Shown here: positions 25,180 through 32,531 of the stretch, piece after piece
How positions within the stretch are numbered: the stretch's first letter is position 1
Layout: every line of letters starts with the position of its first letter
Origin: a virus
Virus record (IMG/VR): IMGVR_UViG_3300045988_150650
Length of the DNA: 32,992 nt
Direction: 5' to 3' (one strand)
Translations under genes and position numbers: made by a program
The notes under the pieces: model-generated
Databases searched by the model: none
Told to the model about the DNA's origin: nothing
What the model saw: only the letters and a program-made list of their open reading frames with translations

Positions 25180-25983
25180 TTAAACCAATGGCCGCGGCCG
25201 CTGCCACTGACGAGCAAATCTATTCCATTCGACCGAATATTCCGTCTTTTTGTCTGAAAAGTCTCGATATAGCTGCATAAAAGGCATTGCTCCGGCCTCG
25301 TAGATAGTTCTGCATCTTGCCTCATCTTTGTCCATATCCTTTCCACAGGACAACACATAGCAATTTATTTTATTTCTGTTAAACCCTGCTTTTCGCAGCT
25401 TTTCACACGCTCTTTTAAACGCCGGTATTGTGTTGTCAGTATCGCACGCGAGCCACAGTTCCTTTATTCTTAGGCCTGTTATAGCATTTACAAAATGGTC
25501 GTCTATTAAATCCGCCTCTAACCCACCTTTAAAGCATATTCCTTTTTGGGTTTTTAACATTTCAAATACCTTGTCCTTATGCCGCCGTGAGGCTTGAAGA
25601 AAATTATTATCCTGTATGACATTTCCTGGATATATTGGTAATTCCTTCAGCTTGCCCTCAAGTTTTGGGACTATGCACCACGGACAACTGTTATTGCAAC
25701 CACGGGTTGTAAATATGATATTTGATTTAATGTATAGCCCCGGCATGAAATCCTCTGATGGGCTGCCGAAAGCAACGCCGCCGAGCTTTACGGGTTTATC
25801 AGTTGCCACCTCCCACTGATAGGCAAGTTCTCCACAATATTCCTTGTCCCATGTAAATGTACATGATATATGTACCTCGTCATGTTCAGGGATAAAGGGT
25901 TTCAATGGAGGCATTCCGATAAAGACATAATCGTCAATCGGTGTATAACTTGTTCTTTTAGGGAATACCCTTATTATTCTCAT
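25180..25983 (-). CDS. Radical SAM domain protein of unknown specificity
   Basis: The canonical CX3CX2C cluster motif is present in FTTRGCNNSCPWCIV, preceded by a ~95-aa N-terminal domain. GAGAGGAA lies upstream of ATG 25983. Confidence 0.7.
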   Translation of the reverse strand: MRIIRVFPKRTSYTPIDDYVFIGMPPLKPFIPEHDEVHISCTFTWDKEYCGELAYQWEVATDKPVKLGGVAFGSPSEDFMPGLYIKSNIIFTTRGCNNSCPWCIVPKLEGKLKELPIYPGNVIQDNNFLQASRRHKDKVFEMLKTQKGICFKGGLEADLIDDHFVNAITGLRIKELWLACDTDNTIPAFKRACEKLRKAGFNRNKINCYVLSCGKDMDKDEARCRTIYEAGAMPFMQLYRDFSDKKTEYSVEWNRFARQWQRPRPLV

Positions 25984-26025
25984 AATTTCCTCTCTGATTT
26001 ATAAACCGTGTTTACTATCACACCT

Positions 26026-26841
26026 TCAGTAATCTAACCACCATGCCATAACTTCCTCTGGTGTTTTCCATTTAGTTGTTTTCCCTGCTTTCGCTCTTTC
26101 TTTCAACATTCGCTCAAATGCTCTCAGATAGTTACGTTTATATTTCGGATATTTTTCAAGCTCTTTGGCGGCATTTCGATTCATTGGGCAGCCTATACAG
26201 CCTAAACGTGTATATCCATTGTCATATAGGCAGCAATATGGGATTTCGTATCTATGTATAAATTCCCATATATCCTCATCTTCCCAATCGATTATGGGAT
26301 TTAAGATGTGTTTTCCTTTGGTCGGACAAAATCGTGCCATTTCCGCATTGTCAGGGTTGTCTGGGTCGGTTCGCACGCGCCAACCTGTTTTGGTGCCGTC
26401 TGAGATTTCCAAGCCTGCCCTATTGTTTCGGCGATTGGCTGATTCCGCCCACCTAACTCCCGTTACAGTGAACCGTCCCTCACCGCCACACTCCTTTAAA
26501 AATTCGCAGCAGTACCGCATTATTCGTGTCGGCGGCATTTTCTTTTTTGGGATTAAGTTCCACATTGTTATCCTGCTGCCGTCTTTATATCGTGGGTACT
26601 CAATCTCCACATTTGAGTGATGTTCTCGTATAAAATATATCAGCTCTGGCGGGTCTACTGACGTATGGTTATAATGCGCGTCATATTTTACGCCTGCCAT
26701 GTCTGCCAGCGCCTTTATGACGACGCTGTCTTTGCCTCCGGAGAAGGCTAAATAATATCCTTCAAGGGGTTCAAATGTTTGCAGTCGTTTTATGGCTACC
26801 TCTACCCTATTCAATCCGGCGATATTTAATTGTTCTAACAT
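26026..26841 (-). CDS. PAPS-reductase-family PP-loop ATP pyrophosphatase (phage type)
   Basis: The PP-loop is FSGGKDS. The C-terminal part reads ILNPIIDWEDEDIWEFIHRYEIPYCCLYDNGYTRLGCIGCP, typical of the PAPS_reduct family (CysH/DndC-like). Its start overlaps the methyltransferase end. Confidence 0.8.
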   Translation of the reverse strand: MLEQLNIAGLNRVEVAIKRLQTFEPLEGYYLAFSGGKDSVVIKALADMAGVKYDAHYNHTSVDPPELIYFIREHHSNVEIEYPRYKDGSRITMWNLIPKKKMPPTRIMRYCCEFLKECGGEGRFTVTGVRWAESANRRNNRAGLEISDGTKTGWRVRTDPDNPDNAEMARFCPTKGKHILNPIIDWEDEDIWEFIHRYEIPYCCLYDNGYTRLGCIGCPMNRNAAKELEKYPKYKRNYLRAFERMLKERAKAGKTTKWKTPEEVMAWWLDY

Positions 26842-28004
26842 AATCTCCTCGCTATTTCGTAAATCACATTTACAGTCACGCTGTTTCCCGCCTGTTTATA
26901 TAGCTGGCTGTCACTGTTTACGGCAGCTGCTCTCTCAAAATATTCGTCTGGGAACCCCTGGAGGCGAAAGCACTCCTTCGGCGTTAATTTTCTGATTTTT
27001 TGCTTTTCCTCTTCAAATACGCCATGTCTGTCTTTCGTAGTTAATGTAAACATTGACTCTTCGTTTCCTTTTATTCGTCTGCCATTTTGTTTTTTATTCA
27101 AAAATTCTACTGATGACACAGGATAGATAACGCCCGCGTCATGCTTATTGGCTTTTAATGTGCGGCTTATATTAGCGATTGGCGGTCTTTTAAATTTCTC
27201 GCTGGTTTCTGTATATATACCATATGCAATATATGGTTATCTGCCTCCGCCGCTACCCTGGTTTAAACACGGGCTCAGTCCGTTTATATCGTAAACTCTT
27301 CCCTGATTGGGATTATCTCGTTTCTTGGTGGGCATACAGTTGCCTATTTGTTTAATTTTCGCATGCTGTTTATTTTCAACAACATATGTTCCGACTGCTG
27401 TCCCTTCGCCCGTCCTTGTTGTAATGGTTCCAGCTTCTTGTCTTTGTAGGTTATCAGCCTCTTTATTGCCGTTTCTGAAAGGAAATACTTTTCGGAAACT
27501 TCGTCCTCTAAGATGTCCGATAATAAACACTCTTTCCCGGTTCTGGGGCACTCCGAAGTTTTTGCTGTTACATACCTGCCATTCGACATCGTACCCCAGT
27601 TCATCCATCGTTCTGATGATAGTTCCGAATGTTCGCCCCCCCTCGTGGCTGAGAAGGCCCTTGACATTTTCGGCGAATAATATATCAGGCTTTCTGACTT
27701 TAGCCAGCCGCATGACTTCAAAAAAGAGAGTGCCTCTTGTATCTTCGAAACCTCTTCGCTTTCCAGCAATACTGAAAGCCTGGCATGGAAATCCGAAGCA
27801 GTACACTTCTGCTTTTGGCAAATCTCCGGGGTTAACTCTTCTAATGTCATCTGCATACCATTCACTCTCCTTTGGACTGTGCATTGCTATGTATGATTTA
27901 TTTGCGAATTTATCTATTTCGCAGTGGCCGACGCATTCATGGCCGGCCATTTCCATTCCTAACCTGAATCCTCCGATTCCGGAGAAAAAATCTATAAATC
28001 TCAT
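26835..28004 (-). pseudogene. DNA (cytosine-5)-methyltransferase reading frame interrupted by one in-frame TAA (27239..27237) inside the variable/TRD region
   Basis: The upstream part (28004..27240) carries motifs I FSGIGG, IV GFPCQAFS, VI ENV and VIII QNRER. The downstream part (27236..26835, same frame) carries IX/X RKLTPKECFRLQGFPD and QAGNSVTVNV. The two track ORFs (27237..28088 and 26835..27119) are in the same frame and differ only by the TAA. It could be a dead gene or a two-subunit enzyme. Confidence 0.75.
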
Positions 28005-28446
28005 AATATATTCCTTTTTTCTTAAGGGCGGAGTTATAAAATCAAAAGGCTTCCTTTCTGTATTTTTTCTCCGCCCTTTTTTCGGCAAGGTTCATGCAAT
28101 CTCTATTACTACCATAATTATCCTTATTGAATTTTGTTTCCTTGCCTTTTTTTGGGTCCTCGCCCATTCTTTGATGGGCTCGCCTACATTTTTTCCCAAA
28201 GTAGCCAGACAGTTAGGCTCATGGCCGTCTGATGGAACTGCCCCGCCCGGCCAAGATTGCTACTCTTGTCGCAAACCGTTTATCTTTGGGATTTTCGAGA
28301 AATTATCCGTCTTTTTTCTCGTTTAGAGCTGCCCACTAACGGCTGGGTAACCGCTGTTTTTTCATTTTCGCAGGCCCACCGGTGCTCTTGGGGCGGGACT
28401 TTCGGCGCCCGCCATACCGTGTATGTATTAAATTTTAAGGAGAAAC

Positions 28447-28854
28447 TCAGTTCTCGCAGCTGACTTTTCTATAAAAGTTGTCTTCATATTTTTCTCCGAT
28501 GGCGATTCCGCCCGGGTGAATCGTTTTATCATATTTCATGATTATTTCTATGCACTCATTGGCACAACTACAGACAGCCTCATATTCTTCCGGCGTCAAA
28601 TCCCTGATTTTTTTCATGTATGTCCATTCCATACGTCCTTCAGGTTTTTGCCATTCAGGCGTTAGTACCAATCTGATTGTATCGACCATCTTTGCAGTGT
28701 CGATATACCTGTCTTCTATAATCCCTTTAAAATTTATTACCGGATATGTCAGCTTTTCTTTGATCTTTATTTGGGCATGGCTTAAACTCCTAAGTTCGCT
28801 TCCCAGTCTACTCATCTCTGCTTTGATCTCTCTTATTCTTTCTTCTTTACTCAT
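28447..28854 (-). CDS. Hypothetical protein, first gene of the methyltransferase operon
   Basis: The protein is 135 aa. AGGAGG lies upstream of ATG 28854, downstream of the 28913-28941 promoter and the GTGTCT/AGACAC operator. Confidence 0.65.
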   Translation of the reverse strand: MSKEERIREIKAEMSRLGSELRSLSHAQIKIKEKLTYPVINFKGIIEDRYIDTAKMVDTIRLVLTPEWQKPEGRMEWTYMKKIRDLTPEEYEAVCSCANECIEIIMKYDKTIHPGGIAIGEKYEDNFYRKVSCEN

Positions 28855-28881
28855 TTGCTTTTCCTCCTCGTTCTCGTTTTG

Positions 28882-28941
28882 GTGTCTTGTTGAGACACTT
28901 ATTTACATCCTTATTTTAGTGTATTATTAAGACACCGTCAA
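28882..28941 (-). promoter_or_regulatory. Minus-strand promoter plus GTGTCT/AGACAC operator sites in the divergent region
   Basis: The minus strand reads TTGACG (28941-28936), a 17-nt spacer and TAAAAT (28918-28913). A 17-bp palindrome GTGTCT-TGTTG-AGACAC lies at 28882-28898 in the leader. A third half-site AGACAC at 28930-28935 abuts the -35. Confidence 0.5.
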
Positions 28942-28965
28942 GTACTTTTTAGGAGGTTTTTTATT

Positions 28966-29193
28966 ATGTTTCCAAAACGCTTAAATTCAACTCGTAAATC
29001 TAAGGGGATTACTGCACAACATATGGCGAACCATCTTAATATGCAAATTCGGGGTTACCGGAAATATGAAAGTGGTGACACCTCTCCTTCTCTTGATACT
29101 CTTATTTTAATAGCTGATATCTTAGATGTGTCTATCGACTGGCTTCTCGGCCGGGATGAGTGGCTGAAATCTCACGGAGTTTACGTTGATTAA
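28966..29193 (+). CDS. Small XRE-family HTH regulator (controller-like), plus strand
   Basis: MFPKRLNSTRKSKGITAQHMANHLNMQIRGYRKYESGDTSPSLDTLILIADILDVSIDWLLGRD is a classic XRE HTH. AGGAGG lies upstream. It is divergent from 28447..28854. Confidence 0.8.
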   Translation: MFPKRLNSTRKSKGITAQHMANHLNMQIRGYRKYESGDTSPSLDTLILIADILDVSIDWLLGRDEWLKSHGVYVD

Positions 29194-29353
29194 CTCCTGT
29201 GATATCTTCAAGGGTATCCCAGACAAAAATGCTCCCAAGCATTTTACCAGCCTCAATTTTTTTATAATATCTCAGGCTAATGCCCAGCTTATCGGCCATT
29301 GCTTGCTGTGTTAGCCCGGCCTCCTGCCGGGCTTTTTTTAGGTTACTCCTCAT
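29132..29353 (-). CDS. Small XRE-family HTH regulator
   Basis: LKKARQEAGLTQQAMADKLGISLRYYKKIEAG is HTH-like. GAGGAG lies upstream. Its 3' end overlaps the convergent 28966..29193 gene by 62 nt. Confidence 0.7.
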   Translation of the reverse strand: MRSNLKKARQEAGLTQQAMADKLGISLRYYKKIEAGKMLGSIFVWDTLEDITGVNQRKLREISATHPGREASR

Positions 29354-29362
29354 ATGGTCTCC

Positions 29363-29617
29363 TCATATCCTGTTATTTTTCATATATTCCAGTGCCTTGT
29401 ATCTGCCGTATGAGATTCCTTGTTCTCTGGCTTTTTCGTTTGCAACGCTGAGGCTATCTTTTTCTTTCGTTTTTCTACTGTTCTTTTTTTCTTCCCGTTT
29501 TATAGCGTTAGTCATTATCTGCCGTTCCCGCCTACATTGTTCTGAACAGGTGAAGGCTGTATGGCGGTCTGAGTAAAATGTGCCGCCACAGATTACACAT
29601 ATGTGTTCGTGTAGCAT
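29363..29617 (-). CDS. Hypothetical zinc-ribbon protein
   Basis: The motif CVICGG...CSEQC is followed by a basic tail. Confidence 0.55.
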   Translation of the reverse strand: MLHEHICVICGGTFYSDRHTAFTCSEQCRRERQIMTNAIKREEKKNSRKTKEKDSLSVANEKAREQGISYGRYKALEYMKNNRI

Positions 29618-29973
29618 TATCCTTGTAGCTCCTCTTGTTTTGTTTTAGTCCTTGTAAACTTTATCTGTCCCTTGCTATTTTCTCCAACTTTGTATTTTAC
29701 TTCTCCGACGTTTAAAGTCAGCTGGTTGATTTGGCCTCCTAAAATCATCATTCCCGCAGCTCTTAAAATATTCATGATATCTTCGTCTTTATTTTCTACG
29801 ATTAGTTCTGCATTTTTTTCGACCGCCTCTTTTTTCTTTTTGGCGTCTGCACCTGTACAATCACATTCTTCGCTTGCCAATCGATCTGCCGCCTCTTGTG
29901 TTTTTGCCAAAACCGGTATTATCTGACCACAATATCTGCATACGCCTTCATATGTCATTATTTCGTCTTTCAT
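29617..29973 (-). CDS. Hypothetical protein (CxxC near the N-terminus)
   Basis: This 118-aa ORF is coupled to its neighbours. Confidence 0.55.
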   Translation of the reverse strand: MKDEIMTYEGVCRYCGQIIPVLAKTQEAADRLASEECDCTGADAKKKKEAVEKNAELIVENKDEDIMNILRAAGMMILGGQINQLTLNVGEVKYKVGENSKGQIKFTRTKTKQEELQG

Positions 29974-30563
29974 ATCGTCATCTCCTCTTTTAATATCATT
30001 ACGCTTTGGGTGTATTCGCTTCTTTCTCCTATAGATCTATTAAAATCCGCCTTACTTTTTCCGGCATTATAGGCCGTCACTGCCCACTCTATGTCGTTTT
30101 CTTCATTTATTAGTTCCGCCAGTAGGTCTATTCCTATGGTCACATTCTGATATGGGTCTAATAGGTCGGTTATTCCCAGTCTGTCCATGCGCTGCCGGTG
30201 GTGCATGGGCTGAATCTGCATTAGTCCTATGCTATTGCCATTGTCTCCCACCGCCGCTGGATCATAGCCTGATTCTTGTCCTATGACGGCCAGAACCAGG
30301 GACATATCTACTCCGTAGGTCTCGCATAAATCATTGATATGTATCTGCAAATCAGCGTCCAAAGGAACGTCATATATCTTGCTTGGCTCTTTCTGTTCCA
30401 TATCCTGGTTGATTTCTACAACGGCGCCCTCAGCTTTTGGATTTCCTGAAAATCCGATCATGACCAGCAATACTGCGCCTATTATCACCAATGTCCATAG
30501 GCTCATGAATACGTTTTTTATATGCCACAAAAAACTTTTTTCTCTGATCTTATACTTTTTCAT
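29970..30563 (-). CDS. Membrane-anchored lytic transglycosylase (SLT domain)
   Basis: The N-terminal TM segment is FMSLWTLVIIGAVLLVMIGF. SLT motifs are GQESGYDP, GLMQIQ and AYNAG. Confidence 0.8.
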   Translation of the reverse strand: MKKYKIREKSFLWHIKNVFMSLWTLVIIGAVLLVMIGFSGNPKAEGAVVEINQDMEQKEPSKIYDVPLDADLQIHINDLCETYGVDMSLVLAVIGQESGYDPAAVGDNGNSIGLMQIQPMHHRQRMDRLGITDLLDPYQNVTIGIDLLAELINEENDIEWAVTAYNAGKSKADFNRSIGERSEYTQSVMILKEEMTI

Positions 30564-30751
30564 GTTTCTCCTCCGTATGAGTTACATAGTTCTTTGAACT
30601 CTTTCTCCAGCTCATCTATTTTTTTGCCTATCATCGCAGCGGCTGTATGCCAGTTTTGCTTTACGGCATACTGCTTTTGTTTCTTCAATTTCATGATCTC
30701 GTGAGGGATTTTGTTGATCCTCTCCGCTCTCGTTTCTTTTATATTCATCAT
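30560..30751 (-). CDS. Hypothetical protein
   Basis: This 63-aa ORF overlaps the start and stop of its neighbours. Confidence 0.5.
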   Translation of the reverse strand: MMNIKETRAERINKIPHEIMKLKKQKQYAVKQNWHTAAAMIGKKIDELEKEFKELCNSYGGET

Positions 30752-30752
30752 T

Positions 30753-30986
30753 TTAGCTATAGATGGCGTCTATAATGGCTTTGGCATTGGCTCCGTTGCT
30801 GTTGCCGGTGGCCAAAATATTTTTTGTACTGCCGCCCAGGAATGTGATGGTTATCATCTCCTCTTTTGTCGCCCAGTCATGTATGTAGTCGACTCCTGCC
30901 AGGCTGTTTCTTTTTTTGTCTAAAAACAATGCCATTTCCAGATTTTTTATAAATATATACTTTTCCATGTGTTCATTCAGTTCCAT
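30753..30986 (-). CDS. Hypothetical protein
   Basis: This 77-aa ORF lies in the early operon. Confidence 0.5.
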   Translation of the reverse strand: MELNEHMEKYIFIKNLEMALFLDKKRNSLAGVDYIHDWATKEEMITITFLGGSTKNILATGNSNGANAKAIIDAIYS

Positions 30987-31030
30987 ATTTTTTCCTTTCT
31001 GCTTGCAACTATTTCAATAATTACTTTTTG

Positions 31031-31171
31031 TTAAAATCGGCAGCTGATAACAATTATTGCCGTTATTGCGGCTATTAGTGCGCCAAACCGTAGCCCATGA
31101 CTGAATCCGATAGCGTATTCTCGTAGATTTTCATCAATATATTTTATTGCCTGGTTAATTTTTTCTTTCAC
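31031..31171 (-). CDS. Possible 46-aa membrane peptide
   Basis: Manual translation gives (GTG)KEKINQAIKYIDENLREYAIGFSHGLRFGALIAAITAIIVISCRF. Its start overlaps the upstream stop (TAGTG). Confidence 0.35.
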   Translation of the reverse strand: MKEKINQAIKYIDENLREYAIGFSHGLRFGALIAAITAIIVISCRF

Positions 31172-31554
31172 TATAGATAGTTCCTCCCGATAAGGTTCAG
31201 CCATAAATCTCTGGCCTGTTCCGGTTTTATGCCAGTATCAATCAGCTTGTCCTCATATTCTTTTTGATATTTTTGCCGCCAAAATTCGTTTCTTTCTTTG
31301 GCTCTCTCGGTTATATTTTCCTGCATTTCCCTATGGCAGTCCCGGCACAGATCGACCTGGAAACCGTTGTCTATACTGATCTGCCGGTTAGAATTTCCGT
31401 AAACCTCATGACGCTCAGCCCCATAGGTTCCGCAATAGTAGCAGCGTCTTTTATGTTTGTCCTTATATCCGTTGACTTTCTTCTTTTTCTTTTTATCTAC
31501 GGGTTTAGGGAATGGGCACGTTCTATAGTAGTCGCTTATCTCTTTTTTAGCCAT
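31171..31554 (-). CDS. NinG/HNH-like zinc-binding protein (tentative)
   Basis: A basic stretch is followed by RCYYCGTYGAERHEVYGNSNRQISIDNGFQVDLCRDCH. ATG 31554 follows GGAGAGG. Confidence 0.45.
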   Translation of the reverse strand: MAKKEISDYYRTCPFPKPVDKKKKKKVNGYKDKHKRRCYYCGTYGAERHEVYGNSNRQISIDNGFQVDLCRDCHREMQENITERAKERNEFWRQKYQKEYEDKLIDTGIKPEQARDLWLNLIGRNYL

Positions 31555-31690
31555 GTGCCTCTCCACTTTTTACTCGTTCATATCCCGCAGCCGCAAAGGC
31601 TCTCTCAGTCAGTTTTACTTTGATCTCTTCCAGTTCTTTTGGGTCGTATTCTTCTATTGGCTTGTTGTTTATGTATATTTCTATTTTCAT
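31547..31690 (-). CDS. Small hypothetical protein (47 aa)
   Basis: ATG 31690 is preceded by GCGGAGG. The longer track ORF starts at a TTG inside the upstream gene. Confidence 0.45.
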   Translation of the reverse strand: MKIEIYINNKPIEEYDPKELEEIKVKLTERAFAAAGYERVKSGEAHG

Positions 31691-31743
31691 AAAAACCTCC
31701 GCTTTTTTATAATCTATGCGGTTTTGATTTTGTCCTATTACTT

Positions 31744-32004
31744 TTAATCTATTTGTTCTGCGACCCTCATTTTCAGTTTCCAAAGGTACTCTATTATGTC
31801 GTAGAAGTCCAGTTGTTTTTTCAATGCTTCCGTTTCATATATTTCCAATGATAGTGTCAGCGTCTTCTCATATAGTTTGTCATCTGCATACCATTCATAA
31901 ATTTTAAACGGCCAGATATCATTAGACCTTTGTTTTTCCATAGTAGGGTTTTTAGCTGGGGTTGCATACTCACATTCAGCCGGTTCTTTTTTTATTTTTC
32001 TCAT
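31744..32004 (-). CDS. Hypothetical protein
   Basis: This 86-aa ORF starts directly after the upstream stop. Confidence 0.5.
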   Translation of the reverse strand: MRKIKKEPAECEYATPAKNPTMEKQRSNDIWPFKIYEWYADDKLYEKTLTLSLEIYETEALKKQLDFYDIIEYLWKLKMRVAEQID

Positions 32005-32241
32005 TTATTTTTCTTCCTTTTCATCATTTTTTTCTTCTTTTTTAAATATGCAAAATTCATAGCCTAATGTCTCTAAAATTTTTTCAACCATTTGTAAACT
32101 GATATTTCTTTTTCCATGTTTCCAATAGCTTATCGATCTATTTGTACATCCGGTTTTTTGCGCAATTATAATTGCTGACATTCCATTTTTTTTCTGCTCT
32201 TTTTCTAATATCTTAATAATTTCGTCTGTAATTTTTCTCAT
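32005..32241 (-). CDS. Small XRE-family HTH regulator
   Basis: NGMSAIIIAQKTGCTNRSISYWKHGKRNISLQMVEKILETLG is an HTH. It lies next to the 22-bp palindrome at 32280-32301. Confidence 0.7.
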   Translation of the reverse strand: MRKITDEIIKILEKEQKKNGMSAIIIAQKTGCTNRSISYWKHGKRNISLQMVEKILETLGYEFCIFKKEEKNDEKEEK

Positions 32242-32247
32242 TTTCTC

Positions 32248-32301
32248 TTGACCTTAATAATTATAAATGTTAATATTTTAATTAGAACAAATGTTCTAAT
32301 T
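32248..32301 (+). promoter_or_regulatory. Plus-strand promoter followed by a 22-bp palindromic operator
   Basis: TTGACC (32248-32253) is followed by a 17-nt spacer and TAATAT (32271-32276) with an upstream TG. The palindrome AATTAGAACA-AA-TGTTCTAATT lies at 32280-32301. Confidence 0.55.
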
Positions 32302-32324
32302 GTTATAAGAAGGAGGTGTGAAAT

Positions 32325-32531
32325 ATGCTTAAGAGTAGTCTCCAGCGATATGTCGAAAGAGCCGTATCAGAAAATATCAAGTCAGATGTTATATCTAAGA
32401 AAGATTTAACAAATGTGATAACTGATTCTTTATATTCGCTTATTACATCGTCTGAATTTATAACCCATCTTGGCAATGAGTTTGGTAAAAGAGTGCAAAG
32501 CATAAACCGCTCAAAAGGCAAACTGAGATAA
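32325..32531 (+). CDS. 68-aa hypothetical protein on the plus strand, a stand-alone transcription unit
   Basis: A strong RBS (AAGGAGGTG) lies 7 nt upstream of ATG 32325. The unit has its own promoter/operator upstream and a terminator downstream. Confidence 0.55.
   Translation: MLKSSLQRYVERAVSENIKSDVISKKDLTNVITDSLYSLITSSEFITHLGNEFGKRVQSINRSKGKLR

Noticed and set aside
27237-27239. Stop-codon reassignment (TAA read as sense) as the explanation for the interrupted methyltransferase
   Set aside because: TAA terminates several well-supported genes in this window, such as the holin and the frameshifted chaperone ORF. TAG and TGA are also used as stops, so there is no genome-wide pattern of in-frame stops.
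27307-28326. 339-aa plus-strand ORF antisense to the methyltransferase
   Set aside because: It runs antisense to a gene with unmistakable C5-methyltransferase motifs. It has no RBS and a Leu/Ser/Pro/Phe-rich, low-information composition with no motif. It is treated as a shadow ORF.
28089-28446. A riboswitch, tRNA or solitary CRISPR repeat in the GC-rich gap
   Set aside because: I found no T-loop or anticodon-arm arrangement. I found no match to the SAM-I, ZTP, c-di-GMP or ykkC cores I remember, and no repeat-spacer periodicity. The region stays unexplained rather than assigned.
32303-32521. 72-aa minus-strand ORF opposite the 32325..32531 gene
   Set aside because: It has no RBS and an odd composition. 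It is the exact antisense of a plus-strand ORF that has a strong RBS, promoter and terminator.
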